DNA of 61,828 nt, filler included, from Choristocarpus tenellus KU-1152 (lineage: Eukaryota > Protista > Phaeophyceae), in NCBI GenBank assembly GCA_964200185.2. It is 9 parts of 9 records of this genome, joined end to end, with 100 filler letters (N's around TTAATTAATTAA, not from the genome) between each part and the next. Parts side by side here need not be neighbours in the genome. Positions count along the whole stretch, not along the records: positions 35,960 to 41,676 come from CAXNAD020009921.1; positions 41,777 to 51,405 come from CAXNAD020003518.1; 7 more parts are not named here. One strand, given 5' to 3'. Position numbers and translations under genes: made by a program. This document shows positions 35,960 to 48,200 of this stretch, piece after piece. The notes beneath the pieces were generated by a model. It was not told the DNA's origin and did no database searches. It worked only from the letters and a program-made list of their open reading frames with translations. Each line of letters opens with the position of its first letter. The stretch's first letter is position 1.

Positions 35960-38900
35960 GGTAAAGCCTGGCCAAGCTGATCGAGGCAGGTGCCCCCGCC
36001 CCCCTATCAAACGCAAGAGAATACTGATCCAGGGCCTGCACAAAACCATGCGTCGCATGGACAGGCACAAAAGCATTAAAACAATAGTATCTAGACATTC
36101 TGTAGTTGGGGATGCAGCGCATTGGAGGTGGTGTGGGATATAGAGCAGTAAGGAGGGGTGGGGCAGGGTTAGGTCGACCTCCCTCAGGATGTTTGTTGTG
36201 CTTTACCTCTTCTGGCCTCCCCTTCCTCTCCAACACAGATCCCAGGTTCGAGTGGGCAGCAGCAATGCTTACTTCTGCTCCATCATTGGCCTGGAACGTT
36301 TTTTCATTCTCTCCCATTTCCAGCACCTGAAGAAACGCCTGGTTGAGGAGAGGCGGCAAACTAGATCACTTTAGTCACAATAACAACACCCATCAAGTGT
36401 ACAGAAGCAATTCTTCCTGTAGCACTGGGAGTACTCCAGAGTACATCGCAACACAAAAGAAAAAGCTGGAGCCTAAGGGTGGTGCATTGAGTGTTGCAGC
36501 CAGTGGGGAGAAAGACAGGAATCTCAAACAGAAGAGGGGAAAAAAAGTCTTCGAGGCTCTGGAGCATTCTGAATTCAAACTTACCAAGAATTTGTACGAT
36601 CTGGTGGAAAACATGCTCACAATGAAAGGAATCTTATAACTCCATTTTTTTTTCCTTTTCCAAAGTGCATACATGAGACACCAGCAAGAAATAGTCATGC
36701 AATGCTTGATGCCTTGATGAGACCTGATTGCCCTCAGGCAGTAGTAGTCATACATACAGAAGAAAATCACACCCTGTTGTGTCCACGTTGGCAAAACATC
36801 AAGGCGATGCAGACATGTGCCCATTCAATCTGTGCCGCCCTGCACACTACTGCATCCAGTCCACAGTATGAATACTATCAAATACTTCAGTTCATCAACT
36901 GATCATCTATGGTGGCTCCAAACACCAACACTTACAATGTCCAAATAGTTGAGTTTATTGAGCGAGCACTCCATGATGGCTACAAATATCAACACTTTCA
37001 ATGTTCCCAAGTACTATCAACACTGCGTGCATCCATGCCTCTAACATGACCACTCATCAAAAGCACAATGATTGCGCAACCATCTTCCCATCTTTGTATC
37101 ATCAATCTCCACGCACACCCTCTCAAGTATAGAAAATACGACAAATGCAATCATTCCCATTTCCGACTAGCTTCCAAACATTACTCCTACCCTCCCACTC
37201 ACAAACACACCTCACCCAACCTCACTCAAGCCTTCCCTCCCTCCCAAAGGTATAATGTTGTGTGACTTGCCTCTTCTGCCTCGTCCAGGTGACCGTTTCG
37301 CAGGAGCTGCACTCCCAAATTCACCCTAGGGGCAAGGAGCGTTGATTGCAGTTCCACTGAGCGGGCAAAGGCCTCTGTTGATTTTTCAGTCTCCCCCTGC
37401 AAAAAAATGTGTCCATTAACCCACACGTTTTTGTGTAAGGGGAGATATGGCAAAGTGGGCAGAGGAAAAACAGGGCGTTTGTTAATTTGATGGAAATGTA
37501 CAGTCTACATTGAGCACTGTTTACAGCAGCTCCTTGTGATTCTTCGGAATAGTTAAGTATGGTCCAGAAAAAGCAATACAGTGCCACAGCAGAAAGTGAG
37601 GAACCAAGTATCACTAACATAGGCTACTGCATACTTCTAAGAGCAGACCAAAAAGGTCCTACACTGTGCCAACAGTCCCTGTCCCTTTCATGACTCCATG
37701 GTCCTCAACTCACTACTCAATCTGCACCAAGCCCACAGTAAGCTGATTCAAACTTCCACCAGTAACTTCAGACTTCATTTACCACTCAGTTTCTTTGAAT
37801 AGGTGTAGAGTCAACATGTCTGCAAGGATACTGCAAAAATACCAAATCTCTCCCCCGTCCCCAGCCGTCCAATACAAAGGGACTCTGTATGACCTTCAAC
37901 TGCCAGGCTACCCCCAGATTGTATGCAGCAAGGGGATCCCCACCCATGGCCAATGCCCTAGCCAGAACTGTGGTTGCCTCATCTGCCTCTCCAACACCAA
38001 CAAGTGCAGCCCCTAGTCTCCCTGCCGCTTCTGCACTGTTCGGTTCTAGAGCTCCTGCCCGCCTAAATGCGGTCACAGCACGCACACCATCCCCAGCCTC
38101 AGAGAGGAGCGAACCTAGGCAAGCATGTGCAGCGGCAAGCGTGGGATCGAGGCGCTCCGCCTCTGTGCACGCCTCAATAGCATCGGTAGGGCGACCGGAG
38201 GATCTGAGGGCGAGCCCGAGCCCCAGCTGTGCTTCGGCAGAACCCTCTGGGCGGGCGGTGCTAGCCAGGCGGAAGGCTAGTGCGGCCTCTTCGTGCTCGT
38301 CCCGACTCGTGAGTATGCGACCGAGTGCCAAGGCTTGCTCATGGTCGATGGTACTGCTGCGCTTTAGATGGAGAGAAGACGTGGGCGACAGAGTGCCGTC
38401 ATCATCATTTACGATGTCCAATGGATCTGACGTGGACTGCAATTGTGCTGCCTTGAAGAATTCAAGTCCCTTTTGCCACGCGTCCTCCCCATGGTGTTGT
38501 TGATGTGCCACAGTGAAGTCATGAAATCTGGAAGGGAAAAATTGATGTGATATAATTAGGATATTGAGTTATGCCATAGATTAGATCGGCTTATGCTAAG
38601 TATATAAGATAGAAGGCTTGGGGAAACGAAAAAAAGCCGTTAAATGTCAAGGAGTAGAGAGGATGAAAGGACATGATGCTCTCCACTACAAATTGTAGTC
38701 ACTGGCTGTGCATGGAGCATATCACACACCATAGTTTTTTCGGTTGGAAAAGGAGTTTGACGATCTTTTAACGGCAATAGAAGGCACGGCACGTCAGTCC
38801 AGAGCTAGCGAAGACAAGCACCTCCCATGAGTTTTGAGGAAAAACTCGTCGTTGGATCAATTCACTATCCTTCACACACACACCACTCCACCTCCAGTGG

Positions 38901-39081
38901 GGCATCTCTACAGGTAATATTACTAGCACCTGCCAAGAACATGGGATAGAGCTTTCTGAGAGCGCCACAATACATGTGAAAGCTATCACCTGAGTGTCAT
39001 CCACGCTGCCAGACTGGCACTCACAACAGCGACCAGGATGAGGACAAAAACCTGTAGAAGCGTCCCCCCCACTCCTACCAT
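35960..39081 (-). CDS. TPR-repeat protein with N-terminal signal peptide/TM anchor (3' end truncated by contig end)
   Basis: Exons 39081-38990 (MVGVGGTLLQVFVLILVAVVSASLAAWMTLR, phase 2), 38527-37894, 37396-37271 (GC donor), 36338-36207, 36035-35960, all phase-compatible. Repeated TPR patterns such as AEAQLGLGLALRSSGRPTDAIEACTEAERLDP, AAAHACLGSLL, AAYNLGVAW, AAHSNLGSVLERKG. Confidence 0.88.
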
Positions 39082-39303
39082 CGTGTATGTTGACAATGTC
39101 TTGCATGAAAGGTGCGCAGATTAGCGACACCATCAACACCGCACAAATTTCCCACCTCAAGTACCTACCACGAACACATTCAAATGGTTGATGGGTTGGC
39201 AAGGGGGGAGATGTGATTGAATACTTTAGGTTGAACATCCTGTCCCTAACCCTAAATCTTCACCAAACTCTTCTTGTCCCTACATGTATACTCTATTTCT
39301 TTC
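39082..39303. promoter_or_regulatory. Putative bidirectional promoter between divergent TPR and tRNA-IPT genes
   Basis: Only 222 bp separate ATG 39081 (-) and ATG 39304 (+), within one contig. Confidence 0.55.
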
Positions 39304-41577
39304 ATGGCTATATGGCGGAAGCGCCACACTGTTCGTGGAGCATCTCCGCTGTTCCTCATGTTAATACCAATCCGTGCATTCTTAGGCAAAGCTATTAGAG
39401 GTACGGGTTCACGGGTGCCATTGTCTTTCACAGCAAGAATCGATTGTCTGCGAGAAGTACCTTTGCGGTGTTCAATTTCCATGGCAAATCTCGCCCCTGG
39501 AAGTGATGGCCGGGGTAAGGTGGTCGTCATTGCAGGTGGGTCAATGCACCTCTACTTGTGGAACCTGGGATAGATGGAGAGAGTACTTTCATCAGTCGCG
39601 GGCCTGTGCCTTGCTGGGTCCATCATTGATTGTGCTTCTGCCTCACACCTTTGTGTTGGTACCTCCACGCTTTTTCCGACTTTCGCCCACTGCCATGTGT
39701 TGGATGACAGCTCATTTCCCCCTTCTACTCGCAGGTCCCACTGCTAGTGGCAAGTCATCCATCGGCATGGAGCTGTGCAAGAGAATCGGGGGTGAAATCG
39801 TTTCTGCGGACTCGGTACAAGTCTACCGCCAGCTCAACATTGGGTCCAATAAGCCGTCGCCCGTTGACCGTGCTGAGGTTAATCACCATTTGATTGACAT
39901 CGCTGGGCTGGAGGATACTTTCACAGCTGGTGAGGCTCGCTTCTGAGGTTGCGAGAAACTGCATTAGACGTCCAGTGGAGGCAAGACATCACCTGATGGA
40001 TCGCATGACTAAGTGTTTTTCCGCCAGCTGGCCTCGAATAGCAGTGAGAGATCCTACCCCTTCTTGCTAGTTTCGCATGTCCTATGCGCCATGCAGGACG
40101 GAGGTGAACTGAACGTTTGTGCAATTCACTCGAGCATCCAGACTAGACAGAGTCCTTTGGGTCCACCAGCAATCTTCCCCACCTACCCTTGCTTTTCGTC
40201 ATTCGTCGCCCTCCTCCCCCTCACCTCCTTGTAGCCCTTTCATCTTCAGCGAAGTGATACTGAAATATTGTTTTTGCAATGTAAATTTCCGCTGGCACCG
40301 TTGCTTGTCCTAGGCACAATTAAACCTTGATGTGTGTTGATAGCATGTCAAGTAAACAGCTTGAAAGGCAACCTCTACAAATACCAAGAGCGACCTCCGT
40401 GCCACACCCTTTATGGAGAAAGTTTCTCAAGCTCTCCCCTCCCCTTCGTTGATCCTTCAATACCAATCAGGAGATTTTGTTCGTCTTGCGCATGCGGCAA
40501 TCGATGATATCATCTCCCGTGGGAGGGTGCCAGTAGTCGTAGGTGGCACCATGATGTACATCCAGTGGCTTGTCGACGGAACACCCAATGCACCAAAGAA
40601 GGTATTTTTTCACCTGTTTTATCATTCACCAAGAAATGAAAGGTGGAGCAGAACTACTTTCATTGTGTTTCAAACATAACTCTCTACATTCATAGTGCCA
40701 CATGCAATGCCCTGAGGCTTTCCTGCTTGGGCACAGTGTTGGCTCTCTCGTTTGGTTTTGGGTTGATAGTTTCTTGAGTAGGGGCTATCAAGTCTTAGCG
40801 ATGTTTGTTGTCCTGCCTTTGAGCTCTAATGTTTTACTAAGCAGGAATTTATTACTTCTAAGTAGATTTGTGCACTTGGCCTGCCATGCAGAGCTACATC
40901 AATTTTTTATTTTTGCTTCCAATATTTCATACCAATCAAGGTTTTCTATATTTTTTGAGTTAGGGACTACCCCCAGGTGCCTGCCCTTGCTCCCTTTTCC
41001 TGTCAGGAAGATGGAACATGTAGAATATGTTGATGGTGAGAAGAGACTGGTCTGTCTCTCTGCTACAGGTCTTAAAACATCGTACTGCAATAGGGATCAA
41101 ATAGTCCTTAAGTTTCTTATTTTCTTATGCTCCTTTGGTGTTGTTGAATGTCTGAGCTCTTCTTACGGTGCTTTAGCATGCATTTATGTGTGTATTCTAC
41201 ATCAGCATATTGATGGTAATGTGCAAGTAAGGTGAAAGACGGCGATAAGACCCCACCTGTGACAAGTTTGCTTTCAAGCAATCTGTGGTATGGTTTCTGC
41301 CCCACACCATCTGATCCGCACAAGCAGGTATGCTTCAAGGTGCAACACACAAATCAGGAAGAATAGATAAGACCCTCCTAGGAGACTACTCAACATACCC
41401 TAGTATGGTACTTATCCTTATGCCGTTCCTTTCATCCCCCTTGATGGTATCCCCATACATTTTATGTCTTTGTTTCCTGTTTTGCTTTTGAAAAGGCAGG
41501 ATCCAGCAGTGGCGAGAGCTGTGGTGGATGATCTCCGGCCTTATCAGGAGAGGAACGACTGGGAGGGGGGGTTGCAG
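39304..41577 (+). CDS. miaA: tRNA dimethylallyltransferase (tRNA isopentenyltransferase, MiaA/IPT family), N-terminal half; rest lost at contig end
   Basis: Exons 39304-39535, 39735-39929, 40471-40601, 41500-41577 splice in frame. P-loop VVVIAGPTASGKS, GEIVSADSVQVYRQLNIGSNKPS, HHLIDI, FTAGDF and RGRVPVVVGGTMMYIQWL are diagnostic MiaA motifs. Confidence 0.95.
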
Positions 41578-41776
41578 GTGAAACAAAGGGTTTTACCTGG
41601 GGGGGGGGGGGGGGGGGGGGGGGGGGCGGAGGGGGTTGGGTTGCGTTCTTTCCGGGGGGCCCCCTCCCCCAAACCANNNNNNNNNNNNNNNNNNNNNNNN
41701 NNNNNNNNNNNNNNNNNNNNTTAATTAATTAANNNNNNNNNNNNNNNNNNNNNNNNNNNNNNNNNNNNNNNNNNNN

Positions 41777-41930
41777 GATGTAATTTTGGCTATTGTGTTT
41801 GTTAAGAAGTGTCAATATCCTTGTTCCTCACACACCTTTCTCATAACGTATTTTGGAGTAGGAAAATGTCATTAAAAAATCCATGGGAAGTCAAGCCCCA
41901 AACGGACAAACACGACAAAACTCGTACCCT
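41777..41930 (-). mobile_element. Partial copy of MITE-like family A (full copy at 60469-60694)
   Basis: Aligns to the reverse complement of ~60470-60645 (ATTTTGGCTAT..TGTTTGTTA..AAGTGTCA..ATCCTTG.TCC..ACACACCTTTC ... TGGGAAG.CAAGCC.CAAACGGACAAACA...AAACTC.TACCC). Confidence 0.75.
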
Positions 41931-42217
41931 AACCCTAAGATACTTTCACTCTCAAGTAGAGTAGTACAAAGCTATTTAATGCCGCATTTAAATTATCTAG
42001 AGAAAAAAAATGATATTTTATAGAGTGCATACACCATTTTTTCGTACTCTGCCTGAAAATTGAGCGTGGAGAGGATAACCATTTACAGTCCGTACATTTC
42101 CTACTCATCTCTCGACTGTTCCGCGCTTGGTCCTTCGAAGGAAATAAAAGAACGGTTTGTTTTGTTGTATTGGTGGCATTTTGTGTATCTTTTCATTGAT
42201 GTGTTGCTAGCGTAGAC

Positions 42218-45200
42218 CTGAGTAGATGAAGAGAAGCAACCGTAGTAGACCCTTGTGACTTCCAGGCACCACCACCTCCACTGTGCCCTTGCAGCCATTG
42301 GATGAGGCAGAATCCCCTTCACACATGCCACTCCTTTAGTGTGCATGCCGTAAGAGATCAAAGCAATGAGGAAAGACCAGTGAAAAAGGATTAAATGTTT
42401 TTGTGGAGTGACTGCGAATTCATTGAGAGTGAGGTACTGGCACTGCAGGGGCAGTGAGTGAAGGAAGATACAGTTGAGGTTAAGGTCAGGGTAGTGAGCA
42501 CATCAGACCTAGGGAATGTTAGTACTATGTTTCTAGAGGGGATAGTAAAGCGCCATGGATTGTGCATGTGCTCAGGGTGAAGCGACCCTGTCCCACTTCA
42601 TGCTATTCCTACTCCACTTCTGTATGGTCATAGCTCTCCAAGATTTGCATATGCACAGGATAAAATAAAGAAAAAGAATCATGTGGACAAAACAGAGTAC
42701 TCAATTAGCCTTGCTCTGTCAAATGTTGTGGTCTTCTGGGCCCTCCTTACAACAAAACAACTCACACCTGAACATGGCTGCAAAGTATTGACTTTGGCAT
42801 GCCAACACCACACGATGGGCATAGATAGGACGGCCACCAGCCACAAACTTGACATCCGCATGCTCAGATGTTCCCAAAGCCCCCCCCAGGTCAGCTGCCA
42901 GTGTGGGTGAAAGAGTAGTGGAAGTCTTGCCATGTAGCCATACATTGCAGTCCCAGAGGGACCAGCGAGGGATAGAAGGTCAAGCGTTTTGTTCTATTCA
43001 TCATAGACAGTCTAGCTCGGAGCAGAAGGAATGGATTTCCTTTGTATCAGGGATAGTCTTTGTCGTGAAGAGTGCTTTGCAGTCTTAACACCCTAAAGTC
43101 AGCATCTGTACTCATTTCCTTACTAGGCTTCCTCCCAACTAGAGGCTTGCGCCACACACACCTTTGAAGTGTTTTCCATACCCCTGAGAGAAGAACAGGT
43201 TGGAATGGCAGGCTCTACACCATCAAACAGAAAGGCCCAAACACTGGTGGTTGTGGTGATTTAGACAAATGGAAGGTACTGAGCCTGAGACGTTCGTTGT
43301 CTTTACTTCAAGTACATGTCTTCTGGAAAACAAGATATGTTCCAGAGAATCCTCAACACTTCTCGACAATATGCACTCTTCAAAGTACTACTTCATCCTG
43401 TGGTTCCCTGCTGGCGCTGCTTCAGCTTGCTCTCTTACCTCCCAACTCCCGTGTCTCCTAAACTCCGGATGACCAAGAGTCAGCTTTTCTTGGCAGATAT
43501 CCTCAAGACGCTTGACACCATAAGCAGCAGCTGCCATCTTGAGGTCATGTGTGATAGGAGAAGCTAGATCTAGGAACAAAGTCACATCCCCTGTGTAGAT
43601 AAACTCGAGAAGACCCTTGGCCACGTCATAACGAAGGTCTGGAAGAAGAAGCTGCAGTAGTTGAGCGTCCTCAGTGTCGTCCAATCTGTCCTCCTACCAG
43701 AATGCCATGAAGGGTAGCAATGCGTTCAGTCAAAGAGTCTGGGGTTGTGCCAAATGAAGAGGCAAGAAATGTCTAGTGCTGCAGTGGTGTAGTGTAGTGT
43801 TAATATCTCTCTCGGGGACAAACATCATATACATCATATAGAGCACTTAAGCTACAGTGGGAGCAGAACAAAGATGGCATAGAGAGAGGCAACAACAGCA
43901 GAAGTGGATCATGCGTACACACATACACATTTCAAGTATAAAGAACATGATGACTTCAATTGTGTTTTTGGAAATGGTTGGGCAGATGACACCATCAGAG
44001 TCAAACTCAGTGTTTGGGTTATATTTCAAAGATGTATTTCTGGGTTAGGGGGCAAGTGCACTGATACAATGTGCCCAACAGAAAGTGCTCATAATGTGCG
44101 AAAAAGCAAGAGTGTCGAGTTACAGAAGTGTCAAGGAGTACTCCCAAGTGAGTACATGGCACAAGATGCAGCATGCATAGGTACTGTTCTACGCACATTC
44201 AGAAGCACCGCTTGATTTTTTTCCTGAATGATGCCACCCTACAAATCAAGGAGCACTGTCAAACAAAGTTATTAAAGCTGTATCTCACCCTTCAAGAGGA
44301 TATTACAGTGAGCAGCACACTTGCACTCATTGCTTCAAATTTAGGTGTGGACATGATGGATACCAATAAAGTGCCCTACTATTGTTACCTCTGAAATCAT
44401 GTCTCGCAGAACAGGGGAGCGCCTAGCGAGGATAATCTTGTGAGCGTACAGGTAACTCCCTGCAACCAACAGCACGCAGTCCACACCAGCAGCACTCCTT
44501 GCTCCCCACGACAACAGATTCTCTTCACCAAATGGCTGGAGAGCCTCCTCCTGAACGGCACTGAAAAGGTTCCTTCCCAATGTGGACCCAATGTGATCTC
44601 CTTCAAATCCACAGTGGAGAGAGGTATAGAAAGGGTTAAGAAAAAAGGTGATCTGAATTGAAGGACAAGTTCTCACAGAGGGGCACATGACACACTAGCA
44701 GAGGTATGTGTTTGTCACAGTATTGTGTGCTACACAGCAATTGTCTTCGCAACAGTGCAATTTCCCAATGAGAGTCGCATACAACATGGATAAGCAGTTG
44801 TTTCTTCATACTTTGAACTCCCATCTCCAGGAAGGAGCGAACACTTTGGATTGAACATATGTAACATGTGCTATTCAAATGCTATCTCGCTCAAGACTGG
44901 AGCCCTTAGATGTTCCAGATTGGCTATGCCTAGCCAAGCAGTGCTCTCCTCTCTCCCACTAGAATCAACAACACACTCTGGAGCATATATTTAAAGTATC
45001 AAAGTAGGAAAAAGAATCAGAGAGGTGCTGCCCTGTGTTCTAGATGCACTTCAAACTATTCTCACTGCACACGGTTTGCAGTACTCAATACTTGACAAAC
45101 CTTTGCTATTGCTGATGCATTGAGCCGCAGGAACTAGTGTGCTTCAATGACGATTCTGTTCTTACCCAACTGATCTTTTTATCCAGTAGAGGAAAGCTTA

Positions 45201-48200
45201 CGAAGTTCAAGCTTCAATAGAATTTATCGCATTTCTTTTTCATTGACACTCTTCATTCAATATTAAAAGGATGACCAGCTGCTGAAAAACAATATAAGAG
45301 AATCCCTGCATCTCTTTGCTCCTACTGCACCCTCATTCAACCCACTCCACTCTCTCATTGAGTTGTTTCCCCCCCCCCTCTCAGAATCTCAGATTCTTCT
45401 CACCAGCAGCAAGTACAATAATGTGTTGTCCGCCGCAAGCTATTGCAGTTACACATCTCGTAGCCAGTGCGGGTAGCCATGAAGCACACGCCTCTCTGGG
45501 AATGGCTGTTGGTCCACTGAGGGCAGACAACATCTATTGCAGGGAAGAGATTCAGAGGGAGAAGATGCATTAGAAATGTACTGTCTGCCAAGAGATAAAA
45601 GGGTTAGGGTAGCAGTACAGTACTGAGGACAAGTAGGAGGAGGAAAATACTTGTGGGAAAAGTAACCCATCCTTGCTCTATCGGATTACCCGGGCTTTGT
45701 TTGAATGGTGGGCTGCATTTCCTGCTCAAACTCTTTTTGTAGACATCTACGGATCAACTATTGTCCTCATGGGGATCAAAGGTAGGAAAATCAGCCATGT
45801 TGAGATATAGCATGTTTTGGAGTTATATATTATGTTTCACCTATCACGGAGTAGTGAGTGTTATTTGATGTCAGAAAGACTGACTCATGTCAAGAATGAG
45901 GAAAAGTTGTAAATCTTGTGTTTCTGATTTTGTTGTGCTTGCACTCCCTTTGTCTGAAGAACATGAACCTTAACGATTTATCCACATCACAGCTCACACT
46001 TGTAAGAGTGTCTCAAGATATCACAGCTCACACTTGTAAGAGTGTCTCAAGATATCACAGCTCACACTTGTAAGAGTGTCTCAAGATATCACAGCTCACA
46101 CTTGTAAGAGTGTCTCAAGATGCACCGTACACTAAGGACAACATACATGTCAGGGGACTATGAAACTGCTCAATAATGCTCATTTACTCTTGGATGCCTA
46201 CTGATTGCCATCGAATTTCAAGAAATATACTGTTCCAGTGGAGCATATATTTGCATGCTCTGGAGTAATCTGTAGGTGAAAAAGTCTTGACCTCAACTAG
46301 GGAGTACCAAACAACCGAAAATATCCCAAGCCAACCAATATCTTCAATGCATTGCAACAATTTCTCAGAAAGGCGTCTCAGCAATACATGAGTAAGAGGA
46401 AAATGCTGCTTTCACTGGGCCACTGAATTCGTCCAAACAGAAATACGCCTACCTCTTTAACGCCAACACCCTTGCAACGTACCAGCACCAAGATGCACTC
46501 ACCACAATTGGGTCCATGTCCCCATCCTCTTTTTTTGGAAGCAGCCCCCCTGCCTCTACCAAGTGTCCAATCCCTGCTTCACTTCCTGTCCCTTCACCAG
46601 ACAAGCCATCAGTTCCTGTGTCAGACAACTCAGCTCTGCAGGCTGCCTCAAGGGCTGTGGGATCACCTCCCATTACAACGGCACCCTCCCCACACAGGAA
46701 CATCCTCCCTTCTTTCGTAAGGAAAGCTGTGTGAGACTTCCCTGCTGCGACCTTCACCACCCCAGCTCCATCAAGGACAGAGAGGCGGCGAGGAACAGCC
46801 CAGCCTTGGGCCTTGGCACGGACTGCTCTTGCCTGTGCAACTCCACGCTCCTGAGAAAGAGACATGAAGCGTAGATTGGTCTCCTCTCCACTCCTGTAAC
46901 ACCCAGTCAGCAAACACCAAATGTGCATTACCTTCACAGTTAGTTTAGCCAATTGATATCCAATATACGATCTACATTGGATATCAATTGGGGTCAGGGT
47001 TGAGGAAAATTACTTGGGTCATAAGAGTCCACCAACTCTCCCTCACAGACTAGTTGTGAGAATGGCAGTTGCGAGCAGCAGTCAGGCATATAAAAAAAAT
47101 TAACATACAAAAAATAACAAACATTTTCAAAAGTGTCTAGAAACACTGAGCCAGCATCAAGGCATCCAGAATGTATCCCTGCGGACATGGACCACTGTGT
47201 GCAAACCATCTTGTACCTGCCACTTGCAAGCCCTATCCTTTGGGTGTGAGCATTGTTGCGGGTACCACCAGGTCCATAAATCTCTCCTGCAGTCCCTACA
47301 ACAGAACACGAAGGTTGTCCCAGCCCAAGGGATGCTTGACCCTCTCCTCCCCATGCCCATACTCCACCAGTAGAGTCTATGGCAAAGGAATGCTCTGCCC
47401 CACAGGCAATATGTACTGCCCGGACTCTAAGTATTACATGGGAGGGGAACACATCGGATGAAGGAATCCCAAGGTTGGTTGGCTGTTGATCTGAGCTGGA
47501 AAATGAAAGAGTGCTTAGGATAGAGTTCTGGAGGCATGAGTCCCAAGCCTTCCGTGACATCTTCTAATTTGATTTTTACGGGTGTAAGGTAGGAAGGGTT
47601 CATTCCCATACATCCCCCAACTGACATGCCATACAAAAAGCAAAAGTAACGCTATATGTTTGTCCTGTTACAGCAGGTTTGAGCACAGTGGCGAAGTTGA
47701 CCTTTTTCTTACAGCACCCCCGTCATATCTACCTATGGCCCCCTTCTATCCCTTAACCCTAACCCTGACTCCTTGTTCACCTCAATCTGCACCTTTCCCA
47801 TTACTCTATTTCAACACTGTAACTTTAATTACACTCTTCAATACCTAAAATACTTCCTTCTGTCTGCTCTTCCACTTCCAAAGCCAAAACCAACCTGCCA
47901 TTCACACTAAATGCTCCGTTTCTTATGGGCACTATCCTTTTGCTCTCACCTACTATCCTCTTTTTCCACTGGCCCTCCTGCCAACGGTGCCCTGCCAACA
48001 CCTGATCCAAAGCCCTCCACTTTCACTGGTACCCAAGAGTCGTGGAGTGTTTTGTTTGCTGTTGAATTCCGCGTCTTGCCTGTGCTTACACTTTCAGGAG
48101 GAACCAGGTAGCCGAGCTGTTTTCCAGGCAAGATAGTTTTGATTTTTTTGTTTATAGTTAAATGTATCCAGGAGGAAGGTTCTCGAAAACTTGCTTTGTA

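Noticed and set aside
37889-38503. 204-aa plus-strand ORF (also 5476-5913 and 59895-60254)
   Set aside because: Antisense shadows of real exons on the opposite strand.
41577-42218. miaA and RCC1-BTB as a convergent or overlapping gene pair
   Set aside because: They are separated by an artificial spacer and both lack their 3' ends, so adjacency is not supported.
43388-43440. In-frame TAG between the two BTB domains (readthrough or recoding?)
   Set aside because: A strong GAG|GTAAGA donor upstream of the stop splices in phase 0 to the BTB2 exon, so the stop is intronic.
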